From: Callorhinchus milii
Taxonomy: Eukaryota
DNA: 64,000 bases
NCBI RefSeq assembly: GCF_018977255.1
Contig: NW_024704761.1
Span: 3,224,001 to 3,288,000, forward strand
Direction of reading: 5' to 3'
The notes beneath the pieces are model-generated. The model was not told the origin of the DNA. It did no database searches and worked only from the letters and a program-made list of their open reading frames with translations. The translations under genes were made by a program, and so were the position numbers. This document shows, in pieces, positions 13,415 through 25,052 of this stretch; position 1 is the first letter of the stretch, and every line of letters starts with the position of its first letter.

Positions 13415-13512
13415 TCGCTCGCTCGCCCGCACACTCGCTCGCTCGCCCGCACACTCGCTCGCCCGCACACTCACTCACTCGCTCGCCCGCACACTCACTC
13501 ACACTCACACAC
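13415..13512. repeat. Tandem repeat of ACTCGCTCGCCCGCAC-like units
   Basis: Four or more imperfect copies directly visible. Confidence 0.8.
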
Positions 13513-14131
13513 TCAAGCCCTGCGTGCACTGAAATCCACAATATCAAGATTAAAAGAAGATCGATCCCGCCCGCCCTCCCCTCTGCAGTCCAGCCACCAT
13601 GACTGTGATTTCCAATGCTTCCAATGAACTTGTTTCCATGCACGTTTGCAAAGGACACTTCCCCCAAACACTGAAATTCACTGCACCATGCAACAAACAG
13701 TGTGTGTGTGTGTGTGTGTGTGCATGGGGGGGGGGTTGAGGGGGGAGACATTAAGATGCACTTTTCGGTGCACTGAATCAATTCTTTCCAGGCTGATGCT
13801 CCAGTGCGATGCTGGGAGGAGCGCTGCATTGTCAGAGATGCCGTACTTTGGGCGAGAGACGTTAAACCGAGCTCCCTATCCGCGCCTGTTCAGGCGGGAA
13901 GTCAAAGATCCCGCTGCCCCTATTAGAAAAGCGAAGGGAGTTACTCTCTCTCTCCTGGTGTCCTGGCCGACAACTTTGCGTGAGCGGGATAGAAAATTAA
14001 CATATCGAGCGGACACAACAACTCTCCAAGAGATAACGCAATCGACAGCACAGCCAAGCTGGGGTGATGGCGAGTTTGTGCTGGACTTTAAACAGGACAG
14101 GAGCCCAGAGAGAGGAGGCTATTTACACAGG

Positions 14132-14331
14132 GATTGAAATTCCACCCTGTCTCAACCTGTTGCACCATTTTTGTCTCAAAATTTAAGGCAGAAAATTTCT
14201 TTATAAACTCGGTCTTAATTTAGGGGATTTTACCCCAGATCTTAAAATAAGAACTGGCTTCCGAATTCCGTCTGGATTAATTTTAAAGCCAGAAACGGCT
14301 TCACGGGCTAAGACTGGGTGAAATTTCACTC
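14132..14331. mobile_element. MITE-like element with imperfect terminal inverted repeats
   Basis: GATTGAAATTCCACCCTGTCTCA (14132-14154) matches the reverse complement of 14309-14331 at 19 of 23 positions; the interior is AT-rich. Confidence 0.55.
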
Positions 14332-17300
14332 ACAATTTCGCAATTTCCAGCGCCTTGTGCCCTTTCCCCCATTGCAGAATCTGCACACGATGTGAAACAA
14401 TCTGGAGTCCTGTGGCGCAGGTGTTGGCACGCTCCCTCGCAAGCGAGAGGACCCGGGTTCACAGAATATATTGTTAAGGGGATTGAATGACCCATATATT
14501 TTACGGGCCAAACGCAGCGGCCAATTGCGCACAGCAGCGCCCTGCAAACAGCCATGAATTGAATGACCAAATCTTTTTTTAAAGGACTGTTACCTCCGGA
14601 AAATGATACGCCAATCGACTAACAACCGGGTTCCTACTTGCTGTGAGCTAAACAGAGCCGCGCGGAGTAAACAAATGTGCCCAGGGTTTCGCTCGCCTGG
14701 AAATGGAACCCGGTTTCTCTCGCTAGCGAGGCGAGGGCACGATCCACTACGCCACGGGACTCCAGTGTTAATGCAGGGACGGTCCTCGTCCAGTGTGCCA
14801 CGCTGAGCTGGACACGCGTGGGACGGTGCCAACATTGCACCTGTACCAACAGAGGGCGCCCGGCAACTTCCCAGTGAACATGCGATCTGTGAGCTTTCCC
14901 ATCGGAGCCCTGACAATGTTCAGCTAATGGTGGAAACTGCCAGGGGGAGAGCAATAAGCCGGTCTCCCCATCCTCGCCACGCTCCACCCCACCCCCGAAA
15001 AGGTTGAACAATAATTGACATTTGCAATAATAATTGACTGTGCCTTGTTCCCAAACATTCTGTTCTGGGAAGCAAACTCCAGACTTGGAGAGCGCGACAC
15101 GCCGAGGATCGGAATGAACTGCCTTTTGGATGAGACGTTAAGCCGAGGTCCTGCAAAATTGACCATTTTAAGACCTGAATCACGTTTTCTCTCTCTCTCT
15201 CTCTCTCTCGTTATCTCCCCTGGAAGAAGTACCCAGCACACCCCTCCCCTCCCACCCCCACACGCACACACACACACACACACACACTGGGATTTCTTAA
15301 TCTGTTAAGAAATCCGTCAAGAAACAGCGCAAAATCAACCCGCGTCGCACTTGAGCTCCAAATTGCAATATTTTCAACAAATGCCTTTCCACCGAGCTCC
15401 AAGAGCCAGGCACAAAAAAAATTCCCCCTCCCACCTTCTGAATTATGACTGCGTTGAAATGGTAATGATTCTTCTCCCCCGCACACTGTCAACCTCACAA
15501 TCTCCTCCTTGCTGACGTTCTCTCCGACAAAATCATATTTTTTTATATAGAGAGAGAGAGAGAGAGAGAGAGGAGTGAATCATCTCACTGTTTCACTGTT
15601 CTTTTTTTCTTGCCGTCGCTAAAATAACTCCAGAATATTCCATTCCTTCCCCACAATTCAATGTCTCCCCAATCCCAACCCGTTATCCCAGGATCCCACA
15701 GTGCGTCTGTCTGTTTCAGGACAACAACAACAACTTGCATTTACACAGCGCCCTTCACGTGGGGCAGCATCTCGGAGCGCTTAGCAGTGGCGGAGGCTCA
15801 CGCTGAGCTGTGGGGGTGGGATCCATGGCTGTTGGTGGGACATTTCTGCCGCACTTAGCCCCAAAAATACATAGTCAACCCACTTTACAGTATATTCCGT
15901 GAGACGACATGATAAGGCGTTATATCATCTTGTGAGGATTATTGTTATAATGAAGTGTTGGAGCCTGGAAAGGCAGAGCGCTCAAAGCAGGGAACAGTGA
16001 ATAGAGACAGAGCATCTATTAGGGCACGGGAGCAAGTTCTTGCTAAGTGTGCTTTGGGCTCTTACTTGAGATTCTCGTCTATTAAACGCTGTCAACACCT
16101 GCTCCTCTCCCCCCCCAGTCAGCGCTCGGTGGCTCTGTTGCGTGTTTCATAATTTTGTCCTTGTGTCCTTCAGGATGGGGGGGGGGGAGGGTGGGGGAGC
16201 GCAGGAATAATACATATCGTAATAATAATAATCCTTACATTTGATACAGTGCCTTTCGTCTCAAAGCACTTTGCAGGATCGACTGTGAAATGCAATGACT
16301 GTGAACGCGGCAGTCAATTTGGGCACAGCAACGTCCCTCAAACAGTCGTGGAGCGGGTGACCAATTTTTTTGGGGGGGATCTGTTGTCCAGAAAACCCGG
16401 AGGAACGTCCTGCCTGGCCAACAATCGCCCAAAGTGGGACGCTGCCGTGCGCAATTGGCTGCCGCGTTTCTCCCACAAAATGTACCGTCAATTCACTTTA
16501 CAGCGTATCCTGTGAAGCGCTTTGAGACGTCTCGACGACGTGATAAGGCGCCGTATCGAATGCGAGGATTATTTATATTATTATTTGCTCTGTTCTGGAA
16601 TTGAATCGCGCTGGAGGGCAGTGCTGTGTCCTCGCTTCTCTGGAGGTCTCTCTGTTTGAGGAAATTCCCAACTGGGAGAGAGAGAGAGAGAGATAAGGCG
16701 CTCTCTTCTCCCTTCCCGTTCCATGTGGACGGTATGGGCTGCGTTGGCAGCGCCTTATCTCAGGATTAAAAATAATCAGTGGATGGAAAATATGACAAAT
16801 GTCTCGACACGTCACGTGAATCCACGTCTCCATGAGCTATGGAGGGTGGACAGCAATTTGCCTTTTACTAACAGCCCGATCTCAGAAGGTTGTGGGTTCA
16901 AGCCCACACTCCCCCCCCCAACCCACCCCCCCACTCCACCCACCTCCTTACGTCAGGGTCTCTGAGATCTAAGTCCAAGCCAATACTAATAACTATACTA
17001 TTGTATAATAATAATATTGCAATAATAATAATTATTGTATTTGATGCAGCGAGTACAATGTGGTTCGCTCACTACACAGCACATTTTGTGGAATTTTTTC
17101 GTAAGTAAATGTCACTCATCTCATACTTGCAGTTGATATAGCGCCTCATCACATCGTCGAGACGTCTCAAAGCGCTGCACAGGACATGCTGTAAAGTGGA
17201 GCGGCCACGGGTTTTGTGGGCGAAACGCGGCAGCCAATTTGCCCACGGCGACGTTCATCACTTGGCGCCACCCTCTCACCGCCCCCCCACCCCACACAAT

Positions 17301-18782
17301 GAACGTGAAGCCGAATTGTTAGAGTTTTTTAAAATCGTGGCAATCTTCTCCCGGTTACCGTCTCTCTTTGAGTCCAAAACGCTCCGTTCTACCAACAGTA
17401 ACAGTGCTCACTGAATCCCTTGCAAGGTAACATGCCACGGCTGTGGCAGGAAAGGGTTAACAGCGAGTCTCTCTCTCTCTCTCTACGCACTCCCACCCCC
17501 CCATCTCAGAACAGGACAGACTGATCTGACGAGGCTCCTAATTGATTTGAATCCTCGCTGCTCCAGGGAAGCCTGTCACTGAGCGGGTGAACGAGAGAAA
17601 CACAGCCCGTTTTATCCAATATTACTAAGTGGGAACATAACCCAATCACCAGGCTCGCATCGTGCCTACTTACTGCGGTGGAGACAGATGTGCCCGTCAC
17701 CTGGGAGGACGAGAGCGATCGATCGATCGCTCAGGAGCTGCTAAGCCCCGGCTCTACTCATCCACTCACCAGGCTCCCCCGACACAACACAACACAACCA
17801 ACTGCTCACAGCCACAAACCCTATTTGCTCCATTGAATTACTAAGACGTTGCCTGCGACTGATTTTTCCAACGCTGCCACTCCCCCTTCCCGCCCCTCTC
17901 TCCCCCTCTCCCCAACCCTCTTTTTCCTCTGGAAATAATAATAATAATAATAATCCTTGCATTTCATACAGTGCCCTTTCAGCTCAAAGCACTTCACAGG
18001 ATCGACTGGGACCTTATCACGGCTTCGAGACTCTCAAAGTGCTTTAGAGAATATAGTGTAAAGTGTAGTGACTCTGTGTTTAGTGGGCAATTGTGCACAG
18101 CAGTGTCCCACAGCAGACGTTTGAAATGAATTGAAATGTGACCGAGTTAGGTTCACAAAAGACGTTCACAAAAGTCCGAGTGGATGTGTGCTCATGCCAT
18201 TAACTAGTGAAAGGTAACTAGAGGTTAATCTCTTCACCCTCTCTCTCTTCATGGCACCATCATTCCTCCGTCACACAGGTGAGCTATTATAAACTCTGAC
18301 GCTCCAACCCAGTGTCCAATTTACACCCAGCAAGCTCCCACCGACAGCCGTGACGTGAGCAACCAGCTCTATCTGGAGGGGGTGGGTCTGTAGGCAGGAC
18401 ATGGGGTTGGGGAAGAAACTCACTCTTTCATGGGGTCTTTAAGGAACAGAGAGGTTTAACGTCACGTCTGGAGGACAGCGTCTCAAACCGCAAGTCCTCG
18501 CATTTGATATAACGCCTTAACACGTCGGCACGACGCCTCAAAGCGCTTCACAGAAAGTTGGCACGAGTGGTCTCGGGTTGATGATGGAGCCGTCACAGCT
18601 CCCTCCGAGGCAGGACTGCACAGCACACACAGGGGGGATTGAGCACTCATATTAATCATAATAATAATTAGCAATGCTCGCTTGCCCTGCGATTCAGAAC
18701 CCTATCGAGAGATTCAGGTGGACATCCCCAAATCGCTTCATCGGATTCACTGTAAGGTGTAGTGACCTAACCCTAACCCTGG

Positions 18783-19112
18783 TGCGAGAATCCAGAACAA
18801 GGCGACATGACCTTAAAACTACAGCTAAGCCATTTTAGGAGTGAAATCAGGAAGCACTTTTTCACACACACACACACACACACACAAAGGGGAGTGGAAA
18901 TCTGGAACTCTCTCTCACTCTCTCTCCTCCAAAAGGCTGTGGATGTTGGATCCATTCACATTTTCAAAGCTGAGCTGGATAGATATTTGTTGGGTAAAGG
19001 CATCAAGGGATATGGAGCCAAGGTGGGTAAATGGAGTTGAGGTACAGCTCAGCCATGATCTAATAGAACGGCGGACCGGGCTCGAGGGGCTGAATGGCCT
19101 CCTCCTGTTCCT
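18783..19112 (+). mobile_element. CR1 LINE 3' fragment
   Basis: ORF2 C-terminal remnant (LKL..FRSEIRKHFF..VEIWNSL..FKAELDRYL) and 3' UTR ending GAGGGGCTGAATGGCCTCCTCCTGTTCCT. Confidence 0.85.
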
Positions 19113-19334
19113 ACGCTTGCGGATTGTCTCAATGCCCCGGAATAAAACTCCTTCCCTAAACAATCCGAACGCCTCGTTAATTCTCTGTTACCTGGAGTGT
19201 TCCACACGCCACACTGTGTGAACTGTGCTTACATCGGACTGAATATTGCGATTTACAACGACAACCCCTCCCATGTCTCGGGTTTCAGCGTGAAAGGCGC
19301 TCTATAAATGTAATTTTGTTGTTTTGTTGTTGTT

Positions 19335-19630
19335 GTTCAATTCCCGGGTGGCGCAAAAACTTAGGCAAGTTTCCTTATCTCCACACACCTCTGGTTTCCT
19401 AGCAGCAAGCAAGTAGGAACCTGGTTGTTAGACAATTGGTGGATGGCTTTCTGGGGGTAATAATCCCTCCAAAGAAATTTGGTCACTCAATCCACGGTTG
19501 TTTGTGGGAAATTGCTGTGCACAATTGGCTGCTGCGTTTTGCCCACAAAATTCACAGTCAATCCATTTCACAGTATATTCTGCTTTGAGATGTCTCAACG
19601 ATGTGATAAGGCGCTGTGTCAAAGGCTTGT
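19335..19630 (+). mobile_element. 5'-truncated copy of the Ala-headed SINE
   Basis: Starts at box B (GTTCAATTCCCGGG) and follows the same body and tail. Confidence 0.75.
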
Positions 19631-20749
19631 TATCAATACTCTCTCTCCCTCTCTGTGTCTCTCTTCCTTCATGTCCAGGATGGGGGTGGAATAGCCGTTG
19701 GGCTAATCCGTACCTTTCTGTCACTCTCGTTTATGTTGCCGCAGCAGTAATTTAATTTCCAACAACACATAAAAGAATCTGTCTGCTGACTGGCAGCCAA
19801 ACACTGAGCAGCACTTCAATCTTCACCCACCCTTCACTTCATCTCTCTCCATCACTGTGAACATCCTTTTCCAGCCGTGGGGGCGAGAATTTAACGTCAC
19901 TGGGAGGATGCGAGATTGATGGAGACAAGTCCTGGGTGACAGGAGACAAAGTAAATCCATGATCTGCCTGCAAACTCCGCAACTAAAACCCTCCGCATCC
20001 AACTTCACCCCCACTCCCCGCCATCCCATCCCCCCCCCACCACAAATTTCTTCTCGGTCTTAACCTGGAGCCCTTCGTTTTAGAAGAAATTCTTAAAGTC
20101 GGATATCACATCTATTGAGACATCTCAAAGCGCTTCACAGGATATACTGTAAAGTGGAGTGACTGTGTGTTTTCTGTGCGAAATGTGGTAGCCAGTTGCA
20201 CACAGCAGCGTCCCACAAATAGCCACGGAGTGAGTGACCAATTTTATTTGGGGGGATTGTCGGCCAGGAAACCGGGAGAGAGAAACTCCCTTTTCTTTTG
20301 GGTGATCTTTGGGATTCAGGGAATACTTTTCTGGATCTTTCCACCAGAGGATGATGCTGGGAGCGTGTGGGTGCTACGGAGCCCGCAGGAGGTGGGCTTC
20401 GTGTTGAGGGTCTCTCTCTGTCCGCTCTGTAGGACGAGCGAGCTGGACTCGCCCTCCCTGACCATCTGATTTTTACGCAAATCGTATTCTTCGCTGGGTT
20501 ACAGAGCTCGGCACAGGGAGGGGGGGTGGAGAGTGGAAAACATGGCTCACTGTCTGCCCTTCAGCCGAGTGAAGAGACTTTAGGGCATTGAATAATGGAT
20601 CAAAGATGCACTTAACATGTAAACCTGATCTCCGTTCAGACTGGGAGCTAACGGAACGTGAATGATGTTCACCGTCGTGTCAGCGCTAACTGCAGGACTG
20701 GATTTGGGGAGGGGGAAAAGGGAAGGGTGGAGGATTCTTTGCATTCTAA

Positions 20750-21095
20750 AGTGTAGTGACTGTGTATTCTGCAGGTGAACACAGCAACCAATTGCACTCA
20801 GCGATGTCCCACAAACAGCCACGGAGCGAGTGACCAGATTTATTTGTGGGATTGTTGACCAGGAGGCTGGGAGAAGAGAAGCTCCCTTCTCTCTGGGATC
20901 TTTACCATTCACCTGAACAGGTAAACGGGACCTCAGTTTAACGTCCCATTCGAAGAACCCCACCTCCAGCAAGGCGACACCCACCCAGCACTGCATCGGA
21001 GCTCAGACGGTGTGATTCTAAGTCCCGAAATGGGGGCTTGAACCCACAACCTTCTGAGGCAGAGGCGAGAGAGAGCGCTACCACTGAGCCAGGCT
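20750..21095 (-). mobile_element. DeuSINE (SacSINE1/AmnSINE1-like) with a different tRNA head
   Basis: Minus strand reads TGGCTCAGTGGTAGCGCTCTC..GTGGGTTCAAGCCCC, then a Deu-like domain GACGTTAAACTGAGGTCCC..CAGGTGAATGGTAAAGATCCCA, then the shared 3' body. Confidence 0.75.
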
Positions 21096-22864
21096 GAAAA
21101 CTGACCGGCTGAGGTTAAGGTGAAGTATGAAGAACCCAGGGATGATTCGCAGATAAACACAATCGTTCACTTTTTGGCGTTCTCGCGATTCGTTGATTCA
21201 TTGTCATGCACAAAATGTCTGCCGCAAATGCACAGTCACTACACTTGGGGCCAGCATCCCCTGTGAAGCGCTCGGTGAAACTCTGTGTTGAGGAATCGGC
21301 TGCTGCTGTTTCACGCTCAGTGCTTTTGCAATGACAGAAATGTTCCAACTGTGGACAATGTGCCCCCGCGTAACCAGATGGAAAATAATAATTCCCTGTA
21401 ATGGGCGAAAAATTTCACAACTGGAGGTTAATCTCCCATTAAAAACTCCGAGCAGCAAAGAGGAAATTTACAGCTTTGTCCCAGCGCAGAGAGGAATCGT
21501 ATCGGCTCTGCTCTCAGCGTGGGCCTTGTTCACACACAAACAGTGCCAATAAATCGCTGCCCTTTTCCCCCCCGGGGGCATGGGTGGGGGTGGGGGTAGG
21601 GGGTGGGGAGACAACCAAATCTCTCATTTGCCCTTTGGGGCAAGACATTAACACTGAGCTGCCATCTGTGCCTTGTTCTGGCGGATGCTAATGTTCCCGC
21701 GGCATCTATTAGAAAAGTGAAGGGAGTTTCTCTCTTCCTCCCGGTGTCCTAGCCTTCACACCCTCCCCACCCCATGCCTTCCCCCCCACCGGGGAGCGCT
21801 TCACCGTGATTGGGGTGGGGGTTTGAGTGAGGGAGAGGGGGGGGGGGGGGGTGCGGGGTTGTGGTGACCGTAGGTGCAGTTGAAGAGTTAAAATGGGATT
21901 TAAAGGCGGATTAAACATCTAAACATTAGACACTTTAAACATCAGTCAACCACAGATCAAGGTGCTGAGACTATTATCATATTAACGAGAACTGTCAGCA
22001 TGAAATAAAAGTGACTTGAATTAAATATGACTCTCCTTTATGTGAATACACGACGCATCAAATCTCATCCACTGAGAGACCGCATTCTACCCACAAACGC
22101 TAATCTGATAGTCTCGTTCTCTCACCCATCAAGGCTTTGTTTTTGTCACTTTAGAACAATATTGAAAGGGGAACTGATGAAAGATAGGGCTTACTGAGTT
22201 GGGAATAGCTGGGGGGGTGGGGGGGGGGGTGGGGGGAGAGAAAACAAGATTCTGAAACCATTAAAATTGTGTAACGTTACGAGGTATGGCCCTCCGAGAC
22301 TCTACCCTGCTATATAATTTAAGAAAAAACACTTTTTGGGTGTCAGCCAGATGTGGAAACCCATCACCGTGCTCAAGAGTATCCAAACCAAACTCCGAAT
22401 TCCCACCTCCACATGGAAATTCCAGGGATAGACTGGAATGCGCTCCGTTCCTCTGTATCCCTGAAACACGTTGTTGTCGCAAAACCGTTTTCTTCAACAA
22501 TTGCAACCTTTAAGTTTCATGAACATTTGAAAATGGTTATTTTTTGGGGGTGGGGCCGGGCTGAGACGCGCTCTCACTTCATTAATTCTCAATCAGTGAA
22601 AACGATCAGAATTCAGAATAAATCAATTATCGTATCGTTTTTTTTCCCCAAACCCCCAAAATCCAAACAACAAGAATAATTGGCATTTACACAGCTCCCC
22701 TCGGCAAATGCTCTCCTCCTTTTCGGACCCCACCATTTTTTAAAAAAAACTTTGAAACTGGCATTTTTTTCTTTTCCCTGTCCAAACCCTATTCATTCCT
22801 AAGGGACCTGCCCACTTCCCCTCTCCTGACGTGAAAGGCGTTGTATGAATGGACACTGTACCAT

Positions 22865-23080
22865 AGTTGCCACCACCTTTGGCGCTCCATCTCACAGTCA
22901 CTTTGCTTCACTCCCTCCCTTGCCTCCTTCAAGGCCCATCTCAAGACCCTCCTTTTGGACCACGCCTTCGGTCACCCTCCTACCCACCCCTTCTGGTCCC
23001 CAACCCCCTGTTCAGGTCTGAATCCCTGACTGTCTCGCACCTTGGGACGTCCTCCTGACATGAAAGGTGCTACATAAACA
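22865..23080 (+). mobile_element. L2-like LINE 3' fragment
   Basis: Translates as SLASFKAHLKTLLLDHAF (typical L2 ORF2 end), followed by tail CTTGGGACGTCCTCCTGACATGAAAGGTGCTA. Similar fragments at 26125-26388 (+) and 56855-57065 (-). Confidence 0.7.
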
Positions 23081-23682
23081 TAAACTGTACCGTAATTAAA
23101 TAGGTGCTGGTTGCTCGCTCCGTTCTGTAAAAGTGATTGAAGCCGTCTCTCCACAACCTGTTTGTTTGTCCTCATTATAAACCCGAGTCTCCGAATGCCT
23201 GTTCAAGTCTCCGCTCCCCCCCTGGCCAGGGTCAGGAGCCACTGATTTAATACCAAGGCTCCTTCCATGGATTTCTGCCTGTATATCACACACACTCTTC
23301 TGCTGGAGCACAGCCAGAGAGAGTGGATTGCTGTACAGCTCTTGTTCCACATTAGTGGCTCATTGGCAGCATCTGGAAGGGCAGACTTATCATTGGGAGC
23401 AGGGAATTGTCCCACTTGGCTCCTGTCAACTCTGCAAGCCAAAGCCCTAATGTGGAGTGTGGTCCCAGTTGGACAAGCAGCGAGAAAGCTTCCCAGACAT
23501 TGCTCTCAATGGCAAGCTCTGCGGTTTTAGCTGGTTAGACTCCAGCAGTTACCCCAACGCACACTCTGGGGTCCCCAAGCCTTGGCTCCTGCCAACCTGC
23601 ACTTAATACATTCTGGAATTAGATAAACAGGCAGAGAGTGTGCATTTCATTCCGACAATTTTTCTCTGGAATTTCCAGGTGT

Positions 23683-24037
23683 AATAATAATATTAATCCT
23701 TACATTTGATATAGCGCCTTATCACGTTGTTGAGATGTCTCAAAGCGCTTCTCAGAATATATTGTAGGGTACTTTTGTCGGTATATTTTGTGGGCGAAAC
23801 ACAACGAAACAGCAGTGTCTTACAAACAGTTGTGGATTGAGTGGCCAAATTATTACTATTTGTGTTTTAAAAAAGGATTATTACCTCCGGAAAGTGATCT
23901 GCAAATCAACTAAAAACCGGGCTCCTACTTATTGCTGGGCAAACAGAGGAGTGTGGAGTAAGGTTTCACCCTGTCCTGCCCGGGAATCGAACATGGGTCC
24001 TCTTGTTTGCGAGGAGAGCACTTAATCACTAATGCTA
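23683..24037 (-). mobile_element. Full-length copy of the Ala-headed SINE
   Basis: Reverse complement of the 2127-2495 element, running from the (TAA)n tail to the tRNA head. Confidence 0.8.
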
Positions 24038-24705
24038 TCTTGTGCGTCATCGTTCCCCCCATTGCTGGTTCCGTTGTGTTCATATTTAGAAATCCTCACT
24101 CTGTCGGCCTTTCACAGGCTGCGAGCGAAATGAAAGTTCAGACAGAGTATCTCTGGGAAGCGTGAGAGAATCTCCAACACACCAGCTCCCAGCCGCTAAC
24201 ATAGGCGTTGTTAGAGGAGCCTTAAACCATCAGCTGCTGGTGCTCTCTCCCCCCACACACCCCCACTCCACCCCACAGCGTCAGGTTCTCACTGCAAGCC
24301 AGGCCCCCCCCCAACCCACCCTCACACTCCTGTTGCAGGGTGTCCTGTTGACCCTGCCCTCTCGCCCCTGTGGTCTTTTTCTTGCAATGAATTTTTATGT
24401 CCTGTTGCGGATCAAGTGTTACAATGTCTGATCTCAGTAACTTCCTCCTCACTCCCTCCATCCATCCATCCATCCATCCATCCGTGGTACTGAACATGCA
24501 ACGGACGGATCATTATCTGCCATGAAAATGATGGCTCTCACGCGCACACTCTCGCGCACACACACACACACACACACACGCATCCTCTGGATGTCTAACC
24601 ACTTGTACAGACTACAATGAAGTCACTTTCGAGTACAATTATCATCATTCTTCCACATGTTTCAGTTGTCAGTCAGTGTACTGTGTGTGTGTGTGTGTAA
24701 AAAAA

Positions 24706-25052
24706 ACAAGCGAGAGGATCCGGATTCAATTCCTGGGCAGGAAAGGGCGAAACTTTAGGCAAGTTTCCGTACTCCACACGCCTGTCTACCCAGCAGTGAG
24801 TAGGTACCCAGTTGTTAGTCGACTGGCAGATCGCTTTCCGGGGGGTAATAATCATACCCCCACCTCGCCTCCCCCCAAAAATTGGTCACTCGATCCACCA
24901 CTGGTTGCCGGACACTGATGTACACAATTTGCTGCTGCGTTTCGCAAACAGAAATATAGTCACTGCACTTTACAGCGTATCCTGTGAAAAGCACTTTGAA
25001 GCTCCACGACATGATAAGGCGCTGTATCAAATGTAAGGATTATTATTATTAA
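24706..25052 (+). mobile_element. Near full-length copy of the Ala-headed SINE
   Basis: CAAGCGAGAGGATCCGGATTCAATTCC head remnant, shared body and GGATTATTATTATT tail. Confidence 0.8.

Noticed and set aside
18766-18780. CCTAACCCTAACCCT telomere-like repeat
   Set aside because: Only about 2.5 units, at a CR1 5' junction; too short to be meaningful.
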